64,000 nt of DNA, from the NCBI GenBank assembly GCA_963841405.1, contig CAWJCM010000006.1, positions 852 through 64,851 of the forward strand. The letters are read 5' to 3'. Below are positions 18,562-29,004 of this stretch, piece after piece. The notes below the pieces were generated by a model. It did no database searches. It had not been told where the DNA came from and saw nothing but the letters and a program-made list of their open reading frames with translations. Source of the stretch: an uncultured Actinomycetes bacterium. GTDB taxonomy: Bacteria; Actinomycetota; Thermoleophilia; Gaiellales; Gaiellaceae. Each line of letters begins with the position of its first letter. Position 1 is the stretch's first letter. A program made the translations under genes and the position numbers.

Positions 18562-19704
18562 ATGGACTTCGATCTCTCGCCGGAACACGAGCTCGTCCGC
18601 GACACGGTGAGAACCTTCGCGGTCGAGAAGGTGGCGCCCGTGGCCGAGGTGCTCGACCGCGAGCACCGTTTCCCGTACGAGCTCGTGGCCGAGATGGCCG
18701 AGCTCGGGCTGATGGGGATCCCCATCCCCGAGGAGTACGGCGGCGGCGGCGGCGACACGCTCTCGTACGCGATCGCGGTCGAGGAGCTGACCCGGATCGA
18801 CTCGTCGGTGGCAATCACGGTCGCCGCGCACACGTCGCTCGGGACGATGCCGATCTTGCTGTTCGGCTCCGAGGAGCAGAAGCGCGAGTGGCTGCCCGGC
18901 CTGGCGTCGGGGAAGCACCTGGCGGCGTTCGGGCTGACAGAGCCGGGTGCCGGCTCCGACGCCGGCTCGACCGCCACGACCGCCGAGCTGCGGGACGGGA
19001 GCTGGGTGATCGACGGCGCGAAGATGTTCATCACCAACGCCGGCACCGACATCACCGCCTGCGTGACGATCACGGCACGCACCGGCAAGGACGAGGTCTC
19101 GAACCTGATCGTCCCGAACGGGACCCCCGGCTACGAGATCTCGGCGCCGATGCAGAAGCTCGGCTGGCGCGCCTCGGACACGCGGGAGCTGTCGTTCCAG
19201 GGCTGTGCAGTGCCGGAGGGCAACCTGCTCGGCCCGCGCGGCGAGGGCTTCAGGCAATTCCTCGAGATCCTCGACGGCGGCCGCATCTCGGTGGCGGCGA
19301 TGGGGGTGGGGCTCGCACAGGGCGCCTACGACCTCGCCTACGAGTACGCGCTCGAGCGGCAGCAGTTCGGCAAGCCGATCGCGTCGTTCCAGGCGGTGCA
19401 GTTCCAGCTCGCCGACCTGGCGACTGAGATCGAGGCGGGCCGGGCGCTCGTCTACCGGGCCGCCTGGCTGAAGGACGGGGACCGGCCCTTCGCGCTCGCG
19501 GCTGCTCAGGCGAAGCTCTACACTGGGCTGCTGTCCAACCGGGCCGCGAACGTCGCACTCCAGATCCACGGCGGCTACGGGTTCATGGACGAGTTCCCGA
19601 TCTCGCGGCTGTACCGCGACCAGAAGATCCTCGAGATCGGCGAGGGCACGAACGAGGTGCAGCGGATGGTGATCGCGCGGCAGCTCGGCCTGCCGCCGTC
19701 GTAG
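18562..19704 (+). CDS. acyl-CoA dehydrogenase (isovaleryl-CoA dehydrogenase-like)
   Basis: The 380-aa ORF contains GLTEPGAGSDA, WITNAG-like FITNAG, QIHGGYGFMDEFPISRLYRDQKILEIGEGTNEVQ. Confidence 0.9.
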   Translation: MDFDLSPEHELVRDTVRTFAVEKVAPVAEVLDREHRFPYELVAEMAELGLMGIPIPEEYGGGGGDTLSYAIAVEELTRIDSSVAITVAAHTSLGTMPILLFGSEEQKREWLPGLASGKHLAAFGLTEPGAGSDAGSTATTAELRDGSWVIDGAKMFITNAGTDITACVTITARTGKDEVSNLIVPNGTPGYEISAPMQKLGWRASDTRELSFQGCAVPEGNLLGPRGEGFRQFLEILDGGRISVAAMGVGLAQGAYDLAYEYALERQQFGKPIASFQAVQFQLADLATEIEAGRALVYRAAWLKDGDRPFALAAAQAKLYTGLLSNRAANVALQIHGGYGFMDEFPISRLYRDQKILEIGEGTNEVQRMVIARQLGLPPS

Positions 19705-19737
19705 CCGGCCCAGCAGGGGTCGATCGGAGCAGGGTTG

Positions 19738-19764
19738 AGGGACAGGCACTCAGTGCCTGTCCCT
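19738..19764 (+). terminator. perfect 12-bp hairpin after the acyl-CoA dehydrogenase
   Basis: AGGGACAGGCAC-tca-GTGCCTGTCCCT lies 34 nt after the stop. Confidence 0.6.
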
Positions 19765-19970
19765 GCCCTACGTGGAACGCACCCTCGTTCGAGGACAGCG
19801 GCCGCCGCAGCCGCCGCCGCCCTCCAGACCCCGAGCGGCGCACCAACTCTCTCTCCCGTGCCCATGGTGCCCGCCGGCCGCGAACGCGACAAGGGCCGAA
19901 CGGCCTATTTCGCGGGCAGGCGGGTCACTATGGGAAAGACAGCGAGGCGCGGTGCTAGCGTCACCGCGGG

Positions 19971-21332
19971 ATGCTGTTACGGCAGTTCGTCGACGAGGAC
20001 ATCGGGTGCGCCTCCTACCTCGTCGGCGACGCCGACGCGGGCGAGGCGCTGCTGATCGACCCTGCGTATGCGATCGAGCAGTACCTGGCGGCGGCCGAGC
20101 AGGAGGGCGTTCGCATCGTGCGTGTGCTGGAGACGCACACACATGCCGACCATGTGTCCGGCCACGGCCGGCTCGCGCTCGAGCACGGGATCCCGGTCTC
20201 CATCCACCGCCGTGCCGGGGCCGGTTATCCGCACGACCCGCTCGAGGACGGCGGCGAGTTGTCGGCCGGCTCGGTGACGGCCCGGACGATCCACACGCCT
20301 GGACACCGCCCCGAGCACTGCTGCTTCCTCGTCGACGCTGCCCACAGCGCGGCCAGGCAAAGCCCGCCCGCGCGCATGGAAAGCTGGCTCTTCACCGGGG
20401 ACTCGCTGTTCGTCGGCACCGTCGCCCGGCCCGACCTCGCCGTCGAGGCCCGCGAAGGCGCCGAGGGCATGTTCCAGAGCCTCCAGCGGCTGCTCGAGCT
20501 GACGGATGACGTCAAGGTCTTTCCCGGGCACGTAGCAGGGTCGCTCTGCGGCACGGGGATGAGCCCTGCCCCGTCGACGACGATCGGCGCAGAGCGGCGC
20601 GGAAACCCGCTGCTGGCGATCGCGACGGTGAGCGACTTCGTGGACGAGACCGCGGAGGCGGCGACGCCGCGGCCGCCGAACATGGGGCGGATCGTCGAGC
20701 TGAACCGCGGTCCGTTCGTCGGCGCCTCACCCGCACCGGCGCCGGTCGCCTCGCCCGACGACGCCACCGTCCTGGACGTCCGCAGCGCAGACGACTTCGC
20801 CGCCGGCCACGTCCCTGGCGCGCTGAACGTGCCGGTGACGGTGAAGGGCTTCGGGACGCGCGCCGGCTTCGTGCTCAGAGACGGGGAGCAGGTCGTCCTG
20901 CACGCGTCGACGCCCGCCGAGGCCGACCTGGCCGCCCGCCGCCTGCGCGCGGTGGGCCTGCTCGAGCTGCAGGGGTATCTCGACGGGCCGCTGGAGCTCG
21001 AGCCGCTGGAGGCAGTCGAGCTGGACGACCTCGAGTCGCTGCTCCGGGGCGGCGAGGTGGACGTGATCGATGTGCGCGAGCTCGACGAGCGCGACTCGGG
21101 CTTCATCCCCGGGAGCAGGCACATCCCGTACCGGCTGCTCCGGGCCTACGGCGCCAACGTCGCGGGCGGAAAGCCGGTGGTGACGATCTGCGAGAGCGGC
21201 GCGCGGGCGGCGGTCGCCGCCAGCGTCCTCGCCGCGGCCGGCGTGGACGCGCGGCCGGTCCTCCACGGAGGCATCGCCGACTGGCACCGTCGCGGCGGGC
21301 ACACGGTCGAGTTCCGGCGCTGCGGTAGCTGA
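19971..21332 (+). CDS. MBL-fold metallo-hydrolase fused to rhodanese domains (persulfide-dioxygenase-like)
   Basis: The 453-aa ORF has ETHTHADHVSG (the HxHxDH motif) N-terminally and two rhodanese-like segments C-terminally (LDVRSADDFAAGHVPGALNVP; VIDVRELDERDSGFIPGSRHIP...ICESGARA). Confidence 0.8.
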   Translation: MLLRQFVDEDIGCASYLVGDADAGEALLIDPAYAIEQYLAAAEQEGVRIVRVLETHTHADHVSGHGRLALEHGIPVSIHRRAGAGYPHDPLEDGGELSAGSVTARTIHTPGHRPEHCCFLVDAAHSAARQSPPARMESWLFTGDSLFVGTVARPDLAVEAREGAEGMFQSLQRLLELTDDVKVFPGHVAGSLCGTGMSPAPSTTIGAERRGNPLLAIATVSDFVDETAEAATPRPPNMGRIVELNRGPFVGASPAPAPVASPDDATVLDVRSADDFAAGHVPGALNVPVTVKGFGTRAGFVLRDGEQVVLHASTPAEADLAARRLRAVGLLELQGYLDGPLELEPLEAVELDDLESLLRGGEVDVIDVRELDERDSGFIPGSRHIPYRLLRAYGANVAGGKPVVTICESGARAAVAASVLAAAGVDARPVLHGGIADWHRRGGHTVEFRRCGS

Positions 21333-21369
21333 CACAGGCATCGGAGCCTGTTCCGGCGTCGGTCCCGTG

Positions 21370-24300
21370 TCAGGCCGTCGCGGGCAAGAGCAGCTCGGCC
21401 TCGCGGACGTATCGCTCGGCGCCGACCGTACGGTAGAACGCGAGCGCCGGAGCGAGCTGAGCGAGGTCGCCCAGACGCCCCGCCGCGAGCCGGCAGTACG
21501 CCTCGGAGGAGACCGCGCCGATGTCGGCGCTGAGCTCTGCGGCCCTGATCCGATCGCCGCGAGCGTAGGCGATGCCGATTCGGGCCCAGGGGATCCTCGC
21601 GTATGCCTCCAGCGCCGACGCGCACTGCTCACCACGCCCGAGCTCGGTGAGCGTCCAGGCAAGGACGTGCAGGAACGTGTCGGCGAAGCCGATGTCCGTG
21701 CCTCCGGCGATGCCGGTGAGGAACTCGCCGGCCGGGAGAAGGGCGCGCTCCGGCTCACCCGCCTCCCGGAACACATGCGCCGCCACGGCAAAGGCCGGGT
21801 ACATGTTCTGGGGATCCCTCGCCCGTCGGCCCGTCTCGAGAGCCTGCTCCGCGTCCTCGAGCGCGCTCTCGCGTTCGCCCCTTGCGATCCGGATCAGCGC
21901 GCGGTAGGAGTAGCAAGGGGAGGCGAGGTAGTGCGGTGAGCCGGCCTCGACCTCCGCGAGGAGCGAGTCAACCCGGTCGGCTGCCGCACCCCAGTCTCCG
22001 AGTTCGTACTCGGGACCCGCCAGGACACCGAAGAACCAACGGCGAAACCCCTTCTGCCCGTATCGCTCGGCTTCGCGCTCGGCATCGCGCCAGAGCTCCA
22101 CCGAGCTGACGAGCTTGCCGCGCGCCCACCACCGGGCAGCGAGATTGCCCATGCCGCGGCACAGGTCGAACACGGCATTGGCCTCGCGCGCGAGCTCGAT
22201 CCCGCGGGCGAGCTCTTCGAAGCCTCGCTCACTCCCGAGGGCGGCCCGGGCCGAGCCGATGTTGATCAGCGCGGCGCCCCGGATCTCCTCGAGACCGAGA
22301 TCCTCGGCCATCGACAACGCCTCTTCCCCGACCCGGATCGACTCCTCCTCCTGGGCGGCGAGCATCAGCAGCCGGGAGGCGGTCGCGGTCACGCGTGCCT
22401 TCGTGCGCGACGCCTCCAGCGAGGCGACACGGTCGCGGGCGCGGCCGAGATGCTCCATGGCCGACTCGGTATCACCCGCGAGCCAGTAGTGCTCGCACAA
22501 CGTCGTCTCGGCCTCGGCTGCACCTTCCACGTCGCCGGCCGCGAGCAGGTCGTCGCGCGCCTTCTCGAGAACCGCGAGGTCCGTCTCGCCGAGCAGGTAG
22601 AGCGCGCGCCCCAGGCGGTGCAGCAGCCGACCCCGCGCGCGATCGTCCTCGGCCGGCAGCTCGAGCGCGGCCCGGAAGAAGCGCGCGGCGGCGGCGTACG
22701 CGTTGAGAGCCAGGGCGCGGTCACCGGCGTCCCCGAGCGCCTCGCCGGCCGCTCCGGCGAACTCCGATGTACTGCCGGAGGCCGCCTCGGTCAGCTCGAG
22801 CGCCTGGAGGTAGTGGTGAGCAAGCATCTCGGCGTGATCCTCGCGGCGGCCGAGCTGCTCGATCCAGCGGGCGGCGAGCAGGTGTTTCTCGGCTCGACCC
22901 GCCCGCGGGATCTGACCGTACGCGACGTCGCGTACGAGCAGGTGACGGAACGAGTACTCGCTGTCGCCGACGACCGAGCTCGCGCGCTCGCGACGGACGA
23001 ACTCCTTCCGCTCGAGCGAGTGCAGACCGACGTCGATTCGAGAACGATCGGCGAGCGCCGCCAGCGCGCCCGACCAGAAGCGCTTCCCGATCACGGCCGC
23101 GTCCTGGAGCAGCGCCTTCTGCTCGACCCCGAGCAGGTCGAGGCGCGCGGCGATCAGCCCCTGCACCGTCTCGGGCAGCTCGCCCACGCCTCCGCGGTCG
23201 CGGAGCATCCGGACGAACTCCTCGGCGTAGAGGGGGTTTCCGCCTGCGCGGGCGAGCAGCTCGGCCTGGGTCTCGGCGGGCAGAAACGTTCCAAGCAGCT
23301 CCGAGAGCAGGCGGGCAGTGTCCTCGTCGGAGAGCGGGGACAGGGATATCGTCAGGGCATTCGGCTTGCCTCCGCCCCAGGCGGGACGCCGGGTGAGCAG
23401 TTCGGGGCGGGCCGTGCAGACCACGAGCAGCGGCACGCCGGTTGCCCAGTCGATCAGGTGATCGACGAACTCGACCAGGTTGTCGTCGGCCCAGTGCAGG
23501 TCTTCGAAGACGAGGACGAGGGGTCGCTCCTCGGCCAGCTCCTCGAAGAACCGGCGCCAGGCCGCAAACGCCTCGTCGCGCATGTCGCCTCCGCCCTCGG
23601 TGCCGCCGGCCAGGCCGACCAGAGGACGCAGGTGCGACTGGATCCAGGGGTCCGAGACTGCCGCCGAGAGCTTCCGGGCGGCCTCGTCGGCATCGTCGCC
23701 CTCGAGGATCCCGAGCTGGGCCTTGACCATTTCGCCGAGCGCCCAGAAGGTGATCCCTTCGCCGTACGGCAGGCACCGGCCGTGGCGCCAGGCGATCAGA
23801 TCGGGGTGACGTTCGATCGCCTCGAAGAGCTCGAGCGCCAGCCGGCTCTTGCCGATCCCGGGAACGCCCACGATGGTGACGAGCTGAGACGAACGCTCCT
23901 GGAGCACACGCGCGAGCGCGTCCTGGAGCAATGCGACCTCGCGGCGTCTTCCGACAAGCGGCGCGCCGTGGACGCGGTCGACGGCGACGAGCGAGCGCGC
24001 CTCGAGCGCCTCCCAGGCGTTGACCAGTCGGGACTTGCCCTTGGCCTCGACCGGGGCGAGCTCCCGATACACGATCGCCCGCTCGGTTGCCCGGAAGGTC
24101 TGCTCGCCGACGACGATCGCGTTGACCACCGCCGCGGTCTGGAGTCTCGCGCCGGTGTTGATCACGTCACCCGCAGCCATCGCCTCGCCAACCTCCGGCC
24201 GGGCCTCGATGCTGACCAGCGCCTCGCCCGTGTTGACACCGATCCGGATCTGGATGCCTTCCTCGAGCGCCCACTCCCGGATCGCGAAGGCCGCTCGAAC

Positions 24301-24540
24301 CGCCCGCTCCGGGTCGTCCTCGTGCGTGGTCGGCGCGCCGAACAGCGCCATCACCGCGTCGCCGATGAACTTCTCGACCGTGCCGCCGTACCGTTCGAGC
24401 TCCGCGCGGACGTGCCTGTGGTAGCGGTCGAGCTCGGCTGCGACGTCCTCGGGGTCGAGCTCCTCGGCGCGCGAGGTGAAACCGACCAGATCGGCGAAGA
24501 GAACCGTGACGACTTTCCGCTCCCGGCGGCCCGTAGGCAC
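21370..24540 (-). CDS. class III adenylate/guanylate cyclase - AAA/STAND ATPase - TPR multidomain regulator
   Basis: The 1056-aa ORF has an N-terminal cyclase domain (VTVLFADLVGFT...KFIGDAVMALFGAP), a P-loop (VGVPGIGKSRL) and long helical TPR-like repeats. Confidence 0.85.
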   Translation of the reverse strand: MPTGRRERKVVTVLFADLVGFTSRAEELDPEDVAAELDRYHRHVRAELERYGGTVEKFIGDAVMALFGAPTTHEDDPERAVRAAFAIREWALEEGIQIRIGVNTGEALVSIEARPEVGEAMAAGDVINTGARLQTAAVVNAIVVGEQTFRATERAIVYRELAPVEAKGKSRLVNAWEALEARSLVAVDRVHGAPLVGRRREVALLQDALARVLQERSSQLVTIVGVPGIGKSRLALELFEAIERHPDLIAWRHGRCLPYGEGITFWALGEMVKAQLGILEGDDADEAARKLSAAVSDPWIQSHLRPLVGLAGGTEGGGDMRDEAFAAWRRFFEELAEERPLVLVFEDLHWADDNLVEFVDHLIDWATGVPLLVVCTARPELLTRRPAWGGGKPNALTISLSPLSDEDTARLLSELLGTFLPAETQAELLARAGGNPLYAEEFVRMLRDRGGVGELPETVQGLIAARLDLLGVEQKALLQDAAVIGKRFWSGALAALADRSRIDVGLHSLERKEFVRRERASSVVGDSEYSFRHLLVRDVAYGQIPRAGRAEKHLLAARWIEQLGRREDHAEMLAHHYLQALELTEAASGSTSEFAGAAGEALGDAGDRALALNAYAAAARFFRAALELPAEDDRARGRLLHRLGRALYLLGETDLAVLEKARDDLLAAGDVEGAAEAETTLCEHYWLAGDTESAMEHLGRARDRVASLEASRTKARVTATASRLLMLAAQEEESIRVGEEALSMAEDLGLEEIRGAALINIGSARAALGSERGFEELARGIELAREANAVFDLCRGMGNLAARWWARGKLVSSVELWRDAEREAERYGQKGFRRWFFGVLAGPEYELGDWGAAADRVDSLLAEVEAGSPHYLASPCYSYRALIRIARGERESALEDAEQALETGRRARDPQNMYPAFAVAAHVFREAGEPERALLPAGEFLTGIAGGTDIGFADTFLHVLAWTLTELGRGEQCASALEAYARIPWARIGIAYARGDRIRAAELSADIGAVSSEAYCRLAAGRLGDLAQLAPALAFYRTVGAERYVREAELLLPATA

Positions 24541-24552
24541 GCGGCGAGTGTA

Positions 24553-25509
24553 TTACGGGCCGGTTCTGGCTCCCTCGACCGGCGGGCCGTCGATCGGCAG
24601 TTTCCCGGCGAGGAATGCGAGCTGGTCGCGGTACACCTGCGCGTTCAGCTCGTGGCCGGCCGGGTACCAGCGCACCTGAGAGCCGACCGGCGCCGCCTTC
24701 TGCAGTGCGACCAGCGCAGCCCGCGGGACGATCTCGTCCTTGCGGCCGTCCTGGAGCATCACCGACCCCGGATGCGCACGCGCCAGCCAGCGCAGCGGGT
24801 CGATCCGGGTCAGCGACGCACGCACCTGCCGACGTAGCCCGACGGGCGCCTGCGCGACGTACGCCGAGACCGGCAGCGAGCCGCCCGACATCAGGACCGC
24901 CGCACGGATGCGCGGCTCGGCTCCCGCGGCCACTGCGGCGACGCGGGCGCCGAGGCTCCAGCCGACGAGGCCGATCCGCTTCGGGTCGACCTGCGGCAGG
25001 CTTTGCAGCACGTCGACCGCCCGGCGCACGGCGACGACGTCCGAGGCGAAGATCCGCCGGTCGCGCGCCAGCGACTGTACAGGGGTCAAGCCGGCCGGCG
25101 GGGCGCCGGCGCTGCTGGAGGGCAGGGTCAGGGTCATCCCGACCGCACGTCTGCCCGCTGCCCAGACGGCCGGCAGCAGGAACCGCTCGCGGCCCTCTCC
25201 CGAGCCGTGCAGGTAGATCACCGCCGGGAGCCCGGCCGCCCTGTTCGGCAGCGCGAGGTAGGCGGGCACGCGGCCGCTCGGCGTCGCGTACGAGACGTCG
25301 TCGACTGCGATCGGGTACGGGCCGTTCACGCGTCCCTTGTTGCGAAAGGCGATCGGGCGAGATGCGTCGTACGCGAACGGGCTCGGCTGCGTCACCGCCG
25401 CCGGCCGCGTCGTCTGCACCGCCTCGTCGCTGCCGCCGCAGCCGGCCGCCCCGGCCCCGAGCGCCGTCGCCGCCAGCGTTACCGCAGCCGCTCGACCTCG
25501 TAGCCCCAT
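24553..25509 (-). CDS. alpha/beta hydrolase lipoprotein (dienelactone hydrolase / peptidase S9-like)
   Basis: The 318-aa ORF has the lipobox LGAGAAGC and the nucleophile elbow GWSLGA. Its 5' end overlaps the ilvA 3' end by 31 nt. Confidence 0.65.
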   Translation of the reverse strand: MGLRGRAAAVTLAATALGAGAAGCGGSDEAVQTTRPAAVTQPSPFAYDASRPIAFRNKGRVNGPYPIAVDDVSYATPSGRVPAYLALPNRAAGLPAVIYLHGSGEGRERFLLPAVWAAGRRAVGMTLTLPSSSAGAPPAGLTPVQSLARDRRIFASDVVAVRRAVDVLQSLPQVDPKRIGLVGWSLGARVAAVAAGAEPRIRAAVLMSGGSLPVSAYVAQAPVGLRRQVRASLTRIDPLRWLARAHPGSVMLQDGRKDEIVPRAALVALQKAAPVGSQVRWYPAGHELNAQVYRDQLAFLAGKLPIDGPPVEGARTGP

Positions 25510-26633
25510 CCGCGCATCTGGTCGAGGAGCGCCTCGCAGTGGGCCTCGTCGCGCGTGAGCAGCGTCAGGTCGATGCCGGTCGCGCCGACCGGAATGTCCA
25601 CTCCTTCGCGGCGATGCTCCACTGAAAGGACGTTGACGCGTTCCTCGGCCACAAGTTGGAGGAGTTTCAGCAGCTCGCCCGGCCGGTCGGGCACCGACGT
25701 ACGCACGACGAGGTGCCGGCCGGCCGAGGTGACGCCGTAGCGGAGGACCGTGATCAGGGTGCTCGCGTCGATGTTGCCGCCCGAGAGGACGGCCGCCACC
25801 GGCCCGTCGCCCGGGATCTTCCCGGCCAGGAGCGCGGCGACACCGACGGCTCCCGCGCCCTCGACGAGGAGCTTCGTCCGCTCGAGCAGAAGCACGATCG
25901 CCTCGGCGATGCCGTCGGGCGAGACCTCGACCACGTCGTCGAGCACCTCGTCGAGCAGCGGGCTAGTCAGCTCCCCCGGCTCCTTGACGGCGATCCCGTC
26001 CGCGAGCGCGAACGCCTCCCGGGCGGCGCGAACGCCGACGATCCTCGTGCCGGGAGCCGCGACCCGCAGGGCCAGGCCGATCCCCGCAGCGAGCCCGCCG
26101 CCGCCGATCGGCACCAGCACGGTCTCGGCGTCAGGCACCTGCTCGGCGAGCTCGAGGCCGATCGTCCCCTGGCCGGCGACGATCGTCTCGTCCTCGAACG
26201 GGTGCACGAGCGTGGCACCGCTCTCCTCGCTCAGCCGCCGCGCCTCGGCGAGTGCCTCCTCGATCCCGTGCCCGACCATCCGCACCTCGGCGCCGTAGCC
26301 CTTCGTCGCCTCGACCTTGGCCATCGCCGCGTCCTGCGGCACGAAGATGGTCGCGCCGATGCCGCCCTCACGGGCCGCCCAGGCGACCGACTGGGCGTGG
26401 TTGCCGGCGCTCGCCGCGACGACGCCGGCGGCGCGCTTGGCCTCGCCGAGCGTCGACAGCTTGTTGACCGCCCCGCGGATCTTGAACGAGCCCGTCCGCT
26501 GGAGGTTCTCGGCCTTCAGGTGGACGTCGCGGCCGGCCAGGCGCGAGAGGGTCTCGGAGCGGTACACGGGCGTGATGCGCGCGACGCCGACGAGGCGGTC
26601 GCGGGCGCGCTCGATGTCAGCCGGCGTCGGCAC
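25479..26633 (-). CDS. ilvA: threonine ammonia-lyase (short form with one ACT-like domain)
   Basis: The PLP motif is ENLQRTGSFKIRGA. I chose the GTG start at 26633 because the track ORF's N-terminal 89 aa are Ser/Arg junk overlapping meaB. Confidence 0.8.
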   Translation of the reverse strand: MPTPADIERARDRLVGVARITPVYRSETLSRLAGRDVHLKAENLQRTGSFKIRGAVNKLSTLGEAKRAAGVVAASAGNHAQSVAWAAREGGIGATIFVPQDAAMAKVEATKGYGAEVRMVGHGIEEALAEARRLSEESGATLVHPFEDETIVAGQGTIGLELAEQVPDAETVLVPIGGGGLAAGIGLALRVAAPGTRIVGVRAAREAFALADGIAVKEPGELTSPLLDEVLDDVVEVSPDGIAEAIVLLLERTKLLVEGAGAVGVAALLAGKIPGDGPVAAVLSGGNIDASTLITVLRYGVTSAGRHLVVRTSVPDRPGELLKLLQLVAEERVNVLSVEHRREGVDIPVGATGIDLTLLTRDEAHCEALLDQMRGWGYEVERLR

Positions 26634-27627
26634 CGTCGTCGACGTCGAAGACCCGGGACACGATCTGCGAGACGGCCGAGAGCGGGTCGAGCCGGCGAGC
26701 CTGGACGTCGTCGAGCAGCCGCCGCAGCTCCGGGTCGGAGCCGACCGCGCGCTCGAGGTGTGACCTGGCCCGAGCGGAGGCGACCGCGTAGACCTCTGCC
26801 GTGAGGTTGCGGCGGCGGCGCTCTTCGAGCCCACCCTCGCGCTCGAGGAACTCGCGGTGCTTCTCGACCTTCGCCCAGAGCTCGGGCACGTTCTCACCAC
26901 GATGCGCCTCGGTGAGCACGATCGGCACCGTCCAGGGCCTGTCGCGGTCGAGCGAGAGCACCGACCGCACCTCCGTGAGCATCGTCTTCGCCGCCGGGTG
27001 GTCCATCTTGTTGATCGCGATCACGTCTGGAATCTCCATGATCCCGGCCTTCAGGGCCTGGATCGAGTCGCCCGAGCCGGGCATGAGCACGAGCACGACG
27101 GTGTCGGCGACGCCGATCACCTCGATCTCGCTCTGGCCCGTTCCGACCGTCTCGACGAAGACGAGGTCCTTGCCCGAGGCGTCGAGGATCAGCATCGCCT
27201 GGAGCGTCGCCTCGGCGACCCCACCGAGGTGGCCGCGCGTCCCCATCGAGCGGATGAAGACGCCCGGGTCGAGGAAGTGGTCGGCCAGCCGGATGCGGTC
27301 GCCGAGCAGCGCACCGTGAGAGAACGGGCTGGACGGGTCGACCGAGACCACGCCGGCAGTCCGGTCGAGGGCACGCACACGGCGGAGCAGCGCGCCGATC
27401 AGGGTCGACTTGCCGACTCCCGGCGGGCCGGTCACCCCGACCGAGTAGGCGCGTCCGGTGTCCGGGTAGAGGTCGTGGACGAGCTCGCGCGCCAGCGGAT
27501 CGGAGCTCTCGACCAGCGTGATCGCACGCGCCAGGGCACGCCGGTCGCCCGCGCGCACGCCGGCGGCGAGGCTCTCGCGCGTCCATGGTCGGCGACCGCT
27601 CATCTCCCTTGCTGCCAGACTTGGCAA
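26617..27627 (-). CDS. meaB: methylmalonyl-CoA mutase-associated GTPase MeaB/ArgK
   Basis: The 336-aa ORF contains GVTGPPGVGKSTLIGAL, VETVGTGQSE and INKMDH. Confidence 0.85.
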   Translation of the reverse strand: MPSLAAREMSGRRPWTRESLAAGVRAGDRRALARAITLVESSDPLARELVHDLYPDTGRAYSVGVTGPPGVGKSTLIGALLRRVRALDRTAGVVSVDPSSPFSHGALLGDRIRLADHFLDPGVFIRSMGTRGHLGGVAEATLQAMLILDASGKDLVFVETVGTGQSEIEVIGVADTVVLVLMPGSGDSIQALKAGIMEIPDVIAINKMDHPAAKTMLTEVRSVLSLDRDRPWTVPIVLTEAHRGENVPELWAKVEKHREFLEREGGLEERRRRNLTAEVYAVASARARSHLERAVGSDPELRRLLDDVQARRLDPLSAVSQIVSRVFDVDDGADAG

Positions 27628-27710
27628 GAGGTTCTCGCCGCCGCGACCGACCCGGCGGGCGCGGCTCCTCGCCGTGGCGAGGGGCCGCGCGCCTCTGGGG
27701 AGGGGGGCTC

Positions 27711-27737
27711 GCGGGGGGAACCCGCCGTTCCCGCCGC
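27711..27737. repeat. GGGGGAA/TTCCC hairpin (copy 3, one mismatch)
   Basis: GCGGGGGGAAC-ccgcc-GTTCCCGCCGC. The flanks resemble copy 1 in reverse orientation. Confidence 0.5.
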
Positions 27738-27763
27738 GCGAGCGAGCCGAAGACGAGCGACGG

Positions 27764-28993
27764 TCACGAGGGGGCCGGCTCGGGGACGGCGGCCGGCTCC
27801 CGTCGGAGCAGCGCGTATCCGGTGCTCGCGGACGCCAGCGCGATCACGCCGGCGATCCCCCAGACCCAGCGTGCCCCGATCCCGTCGACGAGCGGGCCTG
27901 CGACGGCCATCCCGAGGCCCAGCACCGCGAAGTTCGTTCCCATGATCAACGTGAACGCGCGGCCGCGCGCGTGGTCGGGCGCGCCGCGCTGGACGAGCAG
28001 CGTGTTGCACACGAGCGCGGTCGCGTTGCCAATCCCGCTGGCGACGACGAAGGCAGCCGCCACCCAGACGTTCGGCGAGAGCCCGACTGCGATATTCGCG
28101 ACCCCCATGGTCGCGATCGCGAGCCCGTACACGAGCGTCATCCCGCGCCGCTCGAGCAGCGTGGACGCGAACAGTGCGCCGATCACCGCGCCGAAACCGT
28201 TCGCCGCGAACAGCAGGCCGAAGCCGAAGTTGCCGGCGTCGAACGAGTCCTTCGCGAGCACCACCTCGGACACGTTGACGAACGCGATCGTGATCATCGC
28301 CAGGTTCCAGGAGAGGAGCACGGCGAGCAGCGGCCGGGAGTGGAGGACGAGCCGAAAACCCTCGCCCAGGTCCTGCCAGTACCCGTGGCTCTCGGTCCGG
28401 CCCTGCTGGAGCAGCGCGCGCGGGATCTGGAGCAGCAGCACGGCCGAGATCCCGAAGCTGACCGCGTTGACCATGTAGGCCGGATCAGGGCCGGCCACTG
28501 CGGCGATCAGGCCGCCGAGCAGCGTCCCGACGGTGATCGTCAGCTGCTCCGCGAGCCGCAGCAGGGCGTTCGCGCGCGGGAGGTCTTCGACTGAGACGAG
28601 GTTGGGCAGCCCCGCGTACGCGGCCGGCCGGGCGAAGCCGGTGGCGATGCCGGCGACGAGCGCGAGCGCGACGATCTGGCCCGACGTCACCGTGAAGGTG
28701 AGCAGCACGAAGACGATCAGGCGCACGAGGTCCGCGCCGACGAGCAGCCGCTTCCGCGAGAGGCGGTCGACCAGGGGACCGAGCAGCAGCCCGATCGCGA
28801 CCGCGGGCAGGAAGTCGGCGATCAGCAGAGCGGCCACCCACTTGCCCGAGTGGGTCCGGTCGTAGACGTCGACGGTGAGAGCGATGACCGCGAGGAACGT
28901 CCCGAGGCCGGAGACGAGATAGGAGCTGAACAGGAGCTTAAAGCTCGGCGACGAGCGGAGCACCTCCCGCTGACGAGCGAGGAAGGGCGGCAC
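27764..28993 (-). CDS. MFS transporter
   Basis: The C-terminal 409 aa of track ORF 27764-30019 are multi-TM. GTG at 28993 lies 11 nt after the hisC stop; the upstream part of the track ORF is antisense junk. Confidence 0.75.
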   Translation of the reverse strand: MPPFLARQREVLRSSPSFKLLFSSYLVSGLGTFLAVIALTVDVYDRTHSGKWVAALLIADFLPAVAIGLLLGPLVDRLSRKRLLVGADLVRLIVFVLLTFTVTSGQIVALALVAGIATGFARPAAYAGLPNLVSVEDLPRANALLRLAEQLTITVGTLLGGLIAAVAGPDPAYMVNAVSFGISAVLLLQIPRALLQQGRTESHGYWQDLGEGFRLVLHSRPLLAVLLSWNLAMITIAFVNVSEVVLAKDSFDAGNFGFGLLFAANGFGAVIGALFASTLLERRGMTLVYGLAIATMGVANIAVGLSPNVWVAAAFVVASGIGNATALVCNTLLVQRGAPDHARGRAFTLIMGTNFAVLGLGMAVAGPLVDGIGARWVWGIAGVIALASASTGYALLRREPAAVPEPAPS

Positions 28994-29004
28994 GGGGCGG
29001 GAGC